A stretch of 64,000 nucleotides of DNA from Bugula neritina (taxonomy: Eukaryota; Animalia; Bryozoa), in assembly GCA_964035545.1 (NCBI GenBank), contig OZ037769.1, forward strand, positions 2,728,001 to 2,792,000, written 5' to 3'. Below are positions 14,501 to 27,959 of this stretch, piece after piece; positions within the stretch are counted from its first letter, which is position 1; each line of letters starts with the position of its first letter. Under the pieces are notes generated by a model. That model was not told the origin of the DNA. It did no database searches and saw nothing but the letters and a program-made list of their open reading frames with translations. A program made the position numbers and the translations under genes.

Positions 14501-16526
14501 ATCAGAGCTGTCGTCGCTGTCTCCTTCAAACGCCAACTGCTGCCTCTGAGAGGTGCTGCCAGAATTCGTAGCCCCTTTCATAATCTTATTGTTGACAGAC
14601 TCGTCATCATTCCTCCATGACGTCGCGCTGGTAGAAGCCTTGTGGATGTCAAGGAATTCCTGAAAACCTTCATCTTCTTCTAGCTACAATACAGTAATAC
14701 TAGTTACAGTACTGCGCAGTAATACTAGCAGTAGTAACAGTACTAGTAGCACTAGTCGCAGTAGTGGTAGTAGTACTAGTGGCAGCAGCAGCAGTAATAG
14801 TAATAGCATGCGCTGCAATATACTATATAGAAAAGAAAAGACAATTTCAATGAAAAGTTGAATGTTTGTAGAACACAACTCCCAAATTAAATACATGACT
14901 GAGTGTTTTGGCCTGTCTATTAAACACACTGCAGTTTTTTAGTACCCTTATTAAAAAAGAAGTATTACTGATCTGCAATTACTATATGAGTCTGTCACCA
15001 GCGTATGGCTGTTATACAACAATAAAACACTTCTAGAACACTGTTAGTCATTAGCACATGAACAACTAAATAGTAGAATACTACTAGTAAACAGCATGTT
15101 GTATAGCACTAGTTTACTACTCACCTCTCCCAGAACTTGGTCAGTTACGTGTGGTTTGGATTTCTTCTTTGATTTTTCTTTGTTAAATTCTTTACTTTGA
15201 ACTTCATTTGATAATTTGTGAGATGATTTAGTCAAATCTGCAGCCAGCTGCACCTGTATGGCAATGCATGTGCTGGTCACATTTCACCCGGAATAATTAT
15301 TTAGTAACACGAAAAACTTAGCTAGATGCACAGGCTTAAAGACTACCGAAAGCTGAAAAAGAAGGTATAAATGAAGATTAGCCACAAAGGCAGTATAGAA
15401 CAACTTACTATATACTTACATTGATTTTAGAGGTGTTTACGTATGTGTCGTGCAGTGCCTCTAAAGCACTCTGAGCAGACTCTTCGGATGAGAAGCCAAT
15501 GAATGCGAATCTCCTGAACACACCATCTTTGCTATACTTGAGAGAACAGTCGGTGACGTTGCCGTAATCACTAAACAAATCCTTCACTTTTTCCTGACTG
15601 ATCTGTAACAGTAAAGAGAAAATCCTTCAATGACTAATTTCAAAAAAACCAATTCTACATGCTGATTCATGCAAATCTTTAGAATCTGGTGTATGGACTA
15701 TTTCAATAAAATGTTGTTATTCTACAATTATATTACATATAGTAACTAGTAACTACAACATGAATATGTATTTTGTTTTATATTCAAAATAAAAAATAAA
15801 ATGACTCAAACAAAAATGATACATATGTTTTAAACTTTTCTCAATAGATACAGTAGAGAATGTAAGTTAAATTTGCTCAAAATTAAAATATCAATATTAT
15901 ATAATTTACAGTTACTCCCTGCTTTGTGTATAATAACTTATAAGTTATATATTTTTAACTCTTGTGAATAAGAGTAAACTGTGTTTAGTTAGTTGAAATT
16001 GAATACCGGATAAAGCCGAAGCTATGAGTTTATTTCCACAATATATAATAATAATATACAACTTAATTTCAAATTATTATATAAATGAAACAAATGATTA
16101 GTTGTACTTGAACAGACTGTCCAAATAATAGAATTTAGAGTTGTTTTTAGTAGTAGTAACATAATCTCAAAGTGAAACTAAAAGTAAATTAAGTGCAACT
16201 ATGGAATTAAAAGTTTACTTGCTCAAACCAGAGTTAGTAACCTGAACTAGCTTTAAAAATAAAATAATCATAATGATAATGATTAATGTATTACTATTAA
16301 TTTTACTATTACTATTAGTGATTCAATTCCGCTTTAATTTACAATCATCAACATTAATTTACCATTTTTCTAAGTTCATTATTGAAATAAAGATCACAAT
16401 TTCAATTAGATTTACTTTACCTTTTACTTTTAGCCTTTACAATTAATGAATTATATTATTAACTACAAATACAAGTTTTACGGTTACCTTTTTCGGCAGA
16501 TTTTTAACTATTAGACGACTAGCCAT
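5588..16526 (-). CDS. RBM19: RNA-binding protein 19 (multi-RRM nucleolar ribosome-biogenesis factor, Mrd1 ortholog), about 20 coding exons
   Basis: Starts [13 protein letters not shown]; RRMs include [51 protein letters not shown]; ends [12 protein letters not shown]. Exons: 16488-16526, 15420-15602, 15125-15253, 14485-14683, 14082-14173, 13576-13758, 13066-13144, 12747-12916, 12237-12345, 11266-11396, 10698-10813, 9761-9968, 9182-9382, 8841-8991, 8228-8373, 7594-7799, 7239-7355, 6979-7078, 6612-6738, 5588-5664, all with GT-AG boundaries. Confidence 0.92.
8700..8826. repeat. Degenerate short-period repeat starting about 14 nt inside an RBM19 donor
   Basis: Recurrent gcaatgcgtaga / gtagagag units next to the donor at 8840. 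Confidence 0.6.
10124..10507. repeat. 36-bp minisatellite, about 10.5 copies, in an RBM19 intron
   Basis: Unit tactagtatactgtacacttataacatgacatacaa; it produces the spurious [15 protein letters not shown]. Confidence 0.95.
14695..14810. repeat. (AGT/AGC)n degenerate triplet tract next to an RBM19 acceptor
   Basis: agtagtagc-type triplets ending about 10 nt from the acceptor at 14684. Confidence 0.7.
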
Positions 16527-17476
16527 TCTTCAGACAACAAAAAAAAGCATTTTGGCAATCTATAAAAATTAGGGAAACTTAAATTTAAAACATAGAATAG
16601 ATCTCATCAACCGGTTAAGGAAAAATAAAAATTTGAGAACACGTGGACCAGACCAACTAAAAGGAGTTACTTTTAGGTAATGGGATTTTCCGCACTGATA
16701 TGCAAAAATGCAGTACTTTGTTGTCATGAAACGCTGTTGCTGTTTCAAGGAAAAGAATTGCGTGCAGTGTATAATGTTTTAGTTACGAGAAAGTGCTCTT
16801 GCAACTCTAGAGTAGAAAACTCGGTTGAAAGTGTTCGCACTCACGGGCTTTCCATGGACCGATCTATGGAAAGTCCATGCATAGATCGATCTCAGATCGA
16901 TCTCGCTGTTTCTGTCGTAGAGTTCAACAGCGTGAACTTGAACCCTTTGGATATAAAAATCACTGAGTGGGCCCGCTAGCCTGTAAATGTTCCAGTGCTT
17001 CAGTCTCATGTAAGTTTTTGTAATCTTTTTGTAATGTCAATAGTTACGGCGTCCGCTGCCCTTAGCTTTTTAAACTGCGGCGCTTGAAATAAAAAAGTTA
17101 CTATAAAATGATTGAATCAATTATCAATTAATACGTAATCATATTATGATTATTATTCATATTGATATTCATAATGATAATGAATAATTAATTGATCATG
17201 TTGATGAATCTCATTTAATTTTATCTCACCTTCATTAAATTATTCATTTGCTCGCTTGATGATGATCATAATGATAATGATGATCAATTTATCGAATTCG
17301 AAATCAATATGAACTTGAAGATGAGTATTAGAAGGAAAATGAAAAGATTATAATTATCATAATTCATAAGGCTAAGGACTAAGGACTAAGGTCAAGGACT
17401 AGGTGTAAAGATAATTTTATTATTACCATTATTATTATGATTATCATTTTTATTTGCTATTAGTATTATTTACTCG

Positions 17477-18240
17477 AACTTACTCGAAGGGATCATCACA
17501 CTGGACCGCCCTAGAGAGAGGAAGGGGTGTGGCGCATATGGATAATGTGTTGGACAGTCATTGGTCATTGACATTAGTCACACAGTTGGTACTGTTTGGG
17601 CTGTATTTACTGAACAGGAACTTAATCCTGTCTATGTAGAGATCTCTGAGTTATTGCTTTGGTTGTGACCAGTTTTCAGGTCCCGGATAGTCCTTGGGAG
17701 AAAACTGTTCAGGTACTTGGTACTGTTAGCACCCACTGATCGAGGCTGTCCCCTTGCTTGGGAGCGAGTCTGTATGGTGCCGTTTGTTGGCAGGTCATCT
17801 TAAGCAGAGCTGAGAGCTCTTCTTTGGCTAGAATTTTCATGAGGAGATTAATACGTCTGTTTCTCTTTCTTTGTTCAAGGGGTTGTAGGCAGAGTTTCTT
17901 CATGGCAATTTCGACATCTTCACAGCCTTTAATATTAGCTATGAATCGCACTGCATCCACTTGTATCTTTTCTAAGCTAGAAATATTCTTCTTGCAGGTT
18001 GGGTCCCACGCTGCGCTAGCATACTCTAGGTGTGATAGACACAAGGCTTTGTATGCAATCAACCGAGCTCCTTCGGTGGCCCAGTAGAAAGCTCTTTTAA
18101 TCATACCTAATTGTCTTCTAGCCTTTAGTATTTTATTTGATACATGATTGTTGAACCTAGCAGTAGCTGTATCCTCGTATGTCTATGACTATTGTCTAAT
18201 GACTACCCAACATATTTATATTAGTTCTTACCTGTAGGCA
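17477..18240 (-). mobile_element. Degenerate 5'-truncated non-LTR retrotransposon (LINE, CR1/L2-like) fragment: RT C-terminal region plus 3' UTR
   Basis: ORF 17709-18104 has LIAYKALCLSHLEYASAAWDP...LEKIQ...AVRFI...LQPLEQR; a frameshifted SFLPRTIRDL lies near 17677-17706 and a decayed KY(L)GVVI motif near 18200-18220. Confidence 0.8.
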
Positions 18241-20207
18241 TATTTATATGGCTATGAGTGTGTGACACACCCCTTCTCGACTTTAAGTTTAAGGGAGTCA
18301 TGTGTCAGTGTGATGATCACTTCGAGTAAGTTGAAGTTTGAGTTAGATTAAGGTAGTTGTTATTTTCACTATTTCACATTTATCACTATCACATTGAGTA
18401 CGAATATGACATATGACTTCGTGATTTGAAGTTTTACATTTATTATTTGATTTTATGATTCATCATTTAATGACAGTAGGTGGTAGTGGCAATCATTATC
18501 ACAGTAAACTGATAGTTATACTTAAACTGATACTCATAGACTTATACTGATAGTTTAAGAATCATAGTCTAATAGAGGTCTAATAGGATCATAATATTCA
18601 TTAGGATTATGATTATTCATATTCATATTGTGATTGTCATATTTGATTATAGTTGTTTGATATTCAATTTATATAGATATTAATGTTAACATTTAACCTT
18701 TGCCCATTGGCATTAGTCTTAGACTTGCTCTTAAGTCTTAGTATTTACATTATGAAGTCTTTATGCTCAATAAATCTTTTTAGAGAAGTTGTAAAATTAA
18801 ATGACTAACACTTGTAGCAACTAGTTACTTGTTAAAAGTTATAGTAATAACCATAATAGCATTTATGTAGTCAGCAGTCTAAATGTTTTATTATTCTATC
18901 TCCTTAGCCACAACTTTGAAGTTATACTGCAGCCTACTACAGTAGACTACTAAAATTCATTGCATACATTTTGTAGGGAAAGTAGGATACAAGCATATAA
19001 TATTTACTTTTACCTACTACTAGTTTTTTATTATTGTACACAAACCCAAACTCATGCAATACAATATAAATATTTATAGTCTATGATAATATTCATTATA
19101 ATAAAATTAGTATTGGCACTTGGGTTAAAGTAGCTGTTAATATGATTATAAGTTATAGTATAATAATACCCCTATTGGTGATTGTTGTAAAGTAAGGGTA
19201 TAACAACAATTGAAAAAATGGAATAAACTAGTCAACTAAAAGTTGTTTCTGTGTTAGTAGGAATGTTATAGATTCACTTCCATTTTTGTAAAGAGTGGTT
19301 CTGTGGGCTAGCATCTGTGGACTGTTGGAGATATTCTCAATTAAAGTAAATGCAAATGCAGTATATTACCTAGCATATTATAATTAATAACATTTTAGTC
19401 ATTACTTACAGTAGTAAAATTATACTTATTGTGAATTAGAATAACCGTTTACTCTATTTACTGTTTTTATGTTTACTTTGAACTGTAAATACAAATAAAA
19501 GTTATTGTAATAAGAAATACATACACCACTGACGTCTTAATCTAGTGTGAGTGCTATCAATGTACAATTCCAAATTTTTTCACTTAATTAGTATTACAGT
19601 TTCTCACATTTATTATTTTAGTTAAAAATTGTAAGTATTTTGTGAATCTATTGGCTAAATGCACAATTTGTTGGTAAAATAACATGTAGGTAGCCTCAAA
19701 AGTTCTTTTTGGATTTATTGTCTACATACTAGAAACTAGTATATAAATATGGCAATGTTAATAACTCATTACCCCTAGCTATTGTTTGTAGTTATATATC
19801 TAGAGGTTTTAATGATTGATCAAATGGTAGCCCATTAGCAATCGGGTTTCAGTAACTATCAGGCATTTCTATGTATTGTTAATCAAGTCGTATTGCATAT
19901 TTATGCCAAGTATCAACTTTATAACCTGTTTGTTTTAGTGCATACCAGACAAATGAATTTCCTGCAACTACAAGCTTAAGTGGATTGAGTTTCATGCAGT
20001 TCAGATCTACCCAACTTCAACTCCAAGTCAATCGATAGCTCTAAAGAGATTACAACTGCTGGGTTTAATGCTCTAGGTTAAGGTTAACTCTCACACCATG
20101 CACCATTTGCTCTTGTTAGCTCAACTACTGGGTGTTGGGACTTCACAGTTGGAGTAATGGCATAGCTGGCAGTGGTTATATCAACAAGGAATAGCACTAA
20201 GTCTATC

Positions 20208-23200
20208 ATGATATCGTACTGGAGACGTTATTGGAAGCAGCTTTCCACTGGCACTAAGCTCATAGCCCTGTGTTTAATATGCGTCTGGATTCTGAGTAAA
20301 GCTTTTATAGTGATGTGCAGATGGTCGGAGGGCCCTTCGTACCAGCCTTGCGTGGAATACATTGATCACATGGTATGTTACAGTAGTAACTCCGTATGCT
20401 CTACTTCCGTGCCTTTGGCTCTAGTTTCTTTTGGCTTTAAAGATGGTAAAGTGTAATACTTATCTTATTAGTTTCTTTTGGCTTTCAACTGTAACAATGG
20501 ACAATTAAATACATTCACATTTACTTCCTGATATAAGTGTGTAACGTGATAATGACAAGCTACCCTACCAAAGTTGGCTACTACGTCAACTGCAGATCCA
20601 ATAGCTCAAAGCAATGCTTATCTTGGCCACTTGATACTTATTTCTAAATTGTTTTAAGTTGTCAATTTTTGTAAAACGGTAGATTTAGTAACTCTACTCT
20701 ACAAAAACATTCTCAGTTACCAAATTTAAATTCTAAAACTGGAATGAGTTTTAGCTTTTATTACTGTGATTGAGAACTGTCTTAAAATAAGTCTTTCAAA
20801 TGTGAAGGTGAAACTTTTTGACTTGGCCAGGTTTTCTAATTTTTGAGAATTGCTTATTAGTTAATCAATGCTGACTTTTTCATTTTGAAGCTGCCAAATC
20901 TGGAGGTGGGTGCAGTAATGTAGAAATTAAGAGAAGCCTGTATTGATGTATTCTAGATTAAAAATGTAGCTAAAGAAGTTATGTTCTCAAGAAAATTTCA
21001 ACCTGCCCTAAAATTTATTAAGGACATTAAAGAACTTGGGCTATCAGAATTTCTCCATACTGCACCTAATGCTAATCTGAAGATGTGAAAGGCTACAAAT
21101 GCTAGCTAGTTCTGCTTTTACTCTGGCCAGCTGCAAGCCTGCACTTCCAGTCACTCTCAGTCACTCTCACTCCCAGTCACTCACTCCCAGTCACTCACTC
21201 CCAGTCACTCACTCCCAGTCATTCACTCCCAGTCACTCATTCTCAGTCACTCACTCTCAGTCATGCACTCCCTGTCACTCACTCTCAGTCACTCTCACTC
21301 CCAGTCACTCTCACTCCCGGTCACTCTCAGTCACTCATCCTCCCAGTTGAATGTTTGTAGAAAATCATTTGTCACTTAAAGCTTGTTTGACATATTTTTA
21401 TATCTAAAATAGTTGAACATAGACCTGACTTGCCATTGCATTTATGAGTACTTCCATAACAATCAGGAGAAAGTAACTCTCAACTCTATATATATATTGA
21501 GTTTATGCTTGTTATATTTGTACTGACATTTACCTGGCATTTATATCCTTTAGCATACACTATACTAAGTTTTAAATAGACTTGCTGGGTATGTGGTATA
21601 TTGATTGCAATCAATACAGTGTACAGTGCCCCTACTGCAAGCCTTATAAACACAACCTACTCATTACTAGTGCAGGGATTGCAAGGCTTCCTGGCTCTAC
21701 ATTCTCGCTTCTCAGCTATCAAATTATGGAGTTACGAGATGGAATGTATTCAATTTTCATTTAATGTACCAACAGTGATTCAATTATATTGCTATTGAAA
21801 CCATTTTTATCCATCTAAGGCTCTAAGCCAATCAATGTCTTCGGATGACAAAAGCCAATGCTGCCAAACACTAGATCAGTAATGGTTGATGCTTGGCTGT
21901 CACTGCTAGCTTATTGGTTCATGGTTCGATGATTAAAGCAGTCAGTAAAGCATGATGAAATTAACTTTTTGATGCAGAGAAATTACTTTCCTCCCTCTTC
22001 CGGCTAAGAGAATCCTAATTTTCAGTATTTCAAAATTGAGGGAGCATTTCAGATGCCAAACTGCTGCATGCTTTGCACGTTCTTTTTTTCTATATATCAT
22101 TAAGCCACATGGTTTAGAAGTGACTTAAATGCACGAACAAGTTATGGCACTAGGTTATTTGATAAGCATTAGAGCATAATAATATTATGTGTATTAATAA
22201 AGTTGGGTTTACTTACAATACATATATACTTACTTACCATACATATATATACTTACAACACGATGTATTTACAATACTGTGTACATAGCATACTGTGTAC
22301 TTAGCATACTGTGCATGTCTTTATCTGTTATTCTATGCTATCCCGTTGAACTAAATGTTTGTAAAACACGAATCCTGTTGTTAACAGTGTGCAGAGTTCA
22401 GCCGCCACAGAATCTCCGGCAATCTCTGCACAGAACTGTGTCACAATACATCAGCCGAGAGGTTTCACTGTAAACACAACTCACCCGATGGGAAGAGGGT
22501 TATAGTCTATATTAAAGATGAGGACACAAAACTGGTGCTGAAAACCAATGCCCACACTTCGTGGGATTCAGTAGCTAAAAACTACACATCTATAAAAAGA
22601 TTGAGACCCCACGTTCTGTCCAAAGATTTGCTGGTGGAGAAACTATATTCAAAGTTCAGACAATATTTTCTAAATAACAAAACATTTGAGAGGTTTGTGA
22701 GTCATTTGGACGTGAATTCTCACAATGTCCTAGGCGCTGCCGTCAGCGGTGAATCGCTGCTGCAGCAAGACGAGTACATCGCGAGTATGAACTACCAGTC
22801 TAAGGAGGTTGTACCCGGTCTACGAGGGGTATGTGGTAACTTCTACGTGGTAGACTACACTCCAACTGACGGGGCTCTCCTCACCAACAGACCAGGAGGG
22901 GGTTGGCCTTGGAGATCTGTTGGTAAATAATTCTACGTCTACCTTCATTATAGCATATTATACTATAGCAACATATTGTACTGTGTTATTCTATGCTATA
23001 GTATGCTATACTGTATTATACTGTGTACTCTACTGTTATGCTATACTAGACTATCCCATAGGATATTATGCTATGTGCTATGCTATACTATGCGATACTA
23101 TATACTGCACTATACTATATTATAAAATGATTCACTATATGTTATTATATTTTATATTATTCTATATTACTTGTTATACTACTAATATATGTTATAACTT

Positions 23201-26200
23201 ATACCATGACAATATATACTATAATATTCTCTACAATGTTATGCTACACTATAATATGCTATATGTTATACTCTATTATACTGTAATATATGTTGTATGA
23301 TAATACGTTACGCAGGTGAATGGAAGGACAGACGAACAGTAGCTATTAGATTACTAGAGTTAGCTGAAAGGTTAGACAACAACAACCTGCTGCTCTGTGA
23401 TGTCAAGGGGGACAACTTTGGGGTGCTTGAAGATGGGAAGATTGCGGTATTGGATTCAGACGCTCTGTTTACCAGGACAGTTCTTGGAGATGTGCTTAAG
23501 GTATACTGAGTGTAATATACTACACTCTGAATGTAATATAATACACACTGAATGTAATATAACACACACTGAATGTAATATAACACACACTGTGTGTAAT
23601 ATTATACATACTGAGTGTATTATAATACACACTGTGTGTAATATAATACATGCTGAGTGTAATATAATACACACTGAATGTAATATAATACACTCTGAAT
23701 GTAATATAACACACACTGAATGTAATATAATACACTCTGAATGTAATATAATACACACTGGATGTAATATAATACACACTGAATGTAATATAATACACAC
23801 TGAATGTAATATAATACATACTGGATGTAATATAATACACACTGAATGTAATATAATACACACTGAATGTAATATAATACACACTGAATGTAATATAATA
23901 CACACTGAATGTAATATAATACACACTGAATGTAATATAATACACTCTGAATGTAATATAATACATACTGAATGTAATATAATACATACTGGATGTAATA
24001 TAATACATACTGGATGTAATATAATACACACTGGATGTAATATAATACACACTGAATGTAATATAATACACACTGAATGTAATATAATACACTCTGAATG
24101 TAATATAATACACACTGAATGTAATATAATACATACTGGATGTAATATAATACATACTGAATGTAATATAATACATACTGGATGTAATATAATACATACT
24201 GGATGTAATATAATACACACTGGATGTAATATAATACACACTGAATGTAATATAATACACACTGAATGTAATATACTACACTCTGAATGTAATATAATAC
24301 ACACTGAATGTAATATAACACACACTGAATGTAATATAACACACACTGTGTGTAATATTATACATACTGAGTGTATTATAATACACACTGTGTGTAATAT
24401 AATACATGCTGAGTGTAATATAATACACACTGAATGTAATATAATACACTCTGAATGTAATATAACACACACTGAATGTAATATAATACACTCTGAATGT
24501 AATATAATACACACTGGATGTAATATAATACACACTGAATGTAATATAATACACACTGAATGTAATATAATACATACTGGATGTAATATAATACACACTG
24601 AATGTAATATAATACACACTGAATGTAATATAATACACACTGAATGTAATATAATACACACTGAATGTAATATAATACACACTGAATGTAATATAATACA
24701 CTCTGAATGTAATATAATACATACTGAATGTAATATAATACATACTGGATGTAATATAATACATACTGGATGTAATATAATACACACTGGATGTAATATA
24801 ATACACTCTGAATGTAATATAATACACACTGAATGTAATATAATACATACTGGATGTAATATAATACATACTGAATGTAATATAATACATACTGAATGTA
24901 ATATAATACACTCTGAATGTAATATAATACATACTGAATGTAATATAATACACTCTGAATGCGGCTGTTAATAGGAAGATACCTGCAGCTCTGATAGTGA
25001 CTGCTCATTCTGGGATTGCCACGGTACATGTGACAGGAAGTCTTGGAAATGTTCCACGTCTCTCGCCAACACCAATTTCCAGGTACTATAATTGTGTAAT
25101 TTCACCTGAATGGGTACCAGGTTGAATAGAAATGAGGAGGGGGGGGGGGAGTACACCACCCTCACTGGAATTAAACAATCTAGTTTTTCTAAAAGATGCA
25201 GTGCTGGAAAACAATTGGGTCAGCAAGTACTAATGCTAAACTTCTCCGATGGTCTACTCTTATTAGAATTTGAGTCACAACAGAACCTGGTGACTTAGTG
25301 GTTGGTATGATAGTGTGTGTTTAGTATATCATATTGATTGCAGGCTAACTAAACTGTGTATAATGTAGGACAGAGGTGTGTCACCTACAAGAGCGTGTAC
25401 GAGTAAGTCTGAAGCTGGTAGTCAAGTTTGTGTGATTTACTTTCTCACATTATTCTTTACACGCCCACTTCTCGGTTATCATCATTGCAGAATTCTCTTC
25501 CTTTCTTAGGTTATTATCTGAATGTAGCCCAAGTTTTATAATTTAACGCGCGTTGTTCACCTGTCAGCAGTCTAGAATTTTCTTTTAAAATCTTAGACTT
25601 TTTATAGTACAGAGTCTAATTTTACGACTCCAGGAAATAAGCTTTCTGTATGTAACTTTGATACTGAGGAAGCACACTGCAGGCTAGCTGAGATAGATGT
25701 TGAAGACTTGGATTGCACTGTGCTAATGAATATGAAATGTATATACTACTTTGACTACAACTACTACTGCTACTTTCACTACTGCTGCTGCTGCTATCAC
25801 TACTGCTGCTAGTATTACTACTTCTATTAGTATTATTACTTCTATTAGTATGTTACTAGTATGCTTGCTATTTGAAGCACCTGGCAAAATTCACATAGTG
25901 CTAATCAAACACCATGTTTATTCAGCAAAGTTTGCAATGCTAGTGCTTGGCAGTCAAATTTATCATCTAAACTTGTAATACCTCTATACTCTGTAGCATA
26001 TAGTACTGCTTGCAGCGTGTAAACTCTTTTGCTGAAAATATATATTTTTAGTTAGCAATAACCTGCTCTGGTCACTCTGTGCTTGCAATATCAACTTATA
26101 GAATGTTTCTCTTCAGGGCGTCAGTATGTAGATATACACTGTCATTTACACATTGTCCTCAAAGCTCATATCATACTAAACAGTCATAGCTCATCATCAT

Positions 26201-27068
26201 GTGACTGTGTGAGTGAATCACTGGCTGTGGACTGAGTACTGCGGAGTAAAATTAGCTCCTTTGTGTCGGTGATATGATAACTCCGCATCAATTATCTACC
26301 CGACGACAGGAGAGTACCTCGGGATTTGTTTGCATACATTTATTCCGTAACTTGAGCGGACATGAATTTTATATTTTCAGTCAGCTTAATGACTTTTGCC
26401 TCTGCATGATACATTATGCAATGCGTGATGCGCAAAGCAATATGGAATTTGGTTGAACAATGTATCACCCAGCCAATACTTTCTGGCTTCTATCTTATCT
26501 CTATCATGATTCATGTTTCTGTAACTAAATAGTGAAAAGCGGAAAAATAAACTTCCTAGATAATAATTACAGATTTTTCACAAAATTTGTTGCATCTTTG
26601 AGTTCAAGGGTAACTTCAAAAACTAGTATGAAGCTATGTTGTATTTTATTGAGAATAGCCATAACATTTTTTTAATAACTGAAAATAAAACCAGAATAGT
26701 ATGTTGTGGGTACTCTGGTAATACCTTATGTACCAATCTATGTTGAAGAGTAAAATAGATAAACAGCATCTACAGTTTGTAGCTGGGCATCATTAACTAA
26801 TGTTGAGTGTGTGTGCGTGCGGCACTCTTGTGTGTTTTTAAATATATTGAAAATTAGTTTATGTTTACAGATGATCTGCTCAAAGATATTTCGCCATGAC
26901 CCATCTAATGGCTATCATGGAATTCTTGAAGATGTGCCGGCCAAGTGGCAGACCACAATTTGGAAAGAAATCAGATATTGCAAACAATGGAGACTAAATA
27001 TAAAAAAGAGTAGAAACCACTTGTACAAATTACGCAAGGCTTTGTTACATGATCAAATTCTTGGCTAA
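20208..27068 (+). CDS. Divergent protein kinase domain 1 (DIPK1/FAM69)-like type II membrane protein; exons 20208-20372, 22388-22922, 23316-23500, 24975-25082, 26871-27068
   Basis: N-terminal TM (LIALCLICVWILSKAFIV), Cys motif CAEF...SGNLCTELC, LVLK, LLQQDEY, VPGLRGVCGNFYVVDY, catalytic-loop-like LLCDVKGDNFG, and Cys-rich CSSDSDCSFWDCHGTCD...NFQ-MICSKIF typical of FAM69. Exon phases (0,1,0,0) are consistent. Confidence 0.82.
21146..21346. repeat. cccagtcactcact-type repeat of about 14 bp in the first coding intron of the DIPK1-like gene
   Basis: Directly visible tandem units. Confidence 0.85.
22950..23300. repeat. Degenerate (TACTA/TGCTA)n pentamer tract filling most of a DIPK1-like intron
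   Basis: 5-bp periodicity across intron 22923-23315. Confidence 0.7.
23505..24960. repeat. 21-bp minisatellite, about 69 copies, filling intron 23501-24974
   Basis: Unit actgaatgtaatataatacac; the pattern of variant units recurs at a 756-bp (36-unit) offset. Confidence 0.97.
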
Positions 27069-27959
27069 CATGACTGGTCTTCCCTATTGCTAAATTATCC
27101 AAAAATCACAATAATGGATCAAGTAATTTAATTGTATATTTGTAAATTAAGGTGAATTAAATATTTAATTTAAAAAGATTTGCATCTTTTTAGGATGTTT
27201 TTGCCAGCAACGTATTTATTTTGTTAGAGATAAATTACATCTAATACTCACTGTTTATTATCTTTGTGGACTTTTGAGATGTATTATACAGAATTATTAG
27301 GAATTTGGACACTTAAAATTATTTTATTTTGGAATTATCTACTCAACAGAAATTGTTGTTGAGTAAAAACATTTTTATGGAAAATAAGCTGAAGTCCATT
27401 GAATGAAGAATTGCTGTGCTTGAGCTTTGCATTATTCTCTCTAAAGTAAAAACATAACATTTTGAAAGGATTCCAGATATTAGCTTTGAAGTTAGCTTCC
27501 CATGCCTTCTCGCAAGCATTGTGCGCTACCCTAGCCATATATTAACCACTGTCTGCCATGCCATTGTATTATGAATATTCAGCAATTGCTATCATTACCT
27601 AAAATTTATATTATCTATAATACTGTTTAAATTAATCAAGCTCATAAGATATAAGTAGGTGTTTTGAAATTTATTTTAAAATATCCACGCTGCAATAAAA
27701 TGTCATATTTTTATAGCATAATGTATAGTAAATTTGTCTGACCTATTTTGCTATGTGACAACAAAGATTTATTTTAATAGAAAAATGCATTTAATACTCA
27801 AATGTGTTCTTTTCTATGTACAATAAAACTGCTTGATTACCAGCATGAATTCTATGTTCTTAGGAATAAATTATATTGCTTGTTCACTAGCTGAATGTGC
27901 CTAGAAAGTAGCTAGCCTATGATTGGCTACTGGGAAGATCACATGATACGATTCAATAC

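Noticed and set aside
23397-25029. Long ORFs (524 aa CNIIHTE repeats and several minus-strand ORFs) as a novel Cys/His repeat protein
   Set aside because: They result from a 21-bp repeat lacking stops in several frames. The region is a GT-AG intron whose removal restores the FAM69 protein, and the + ORF is out of frame with the real exon.
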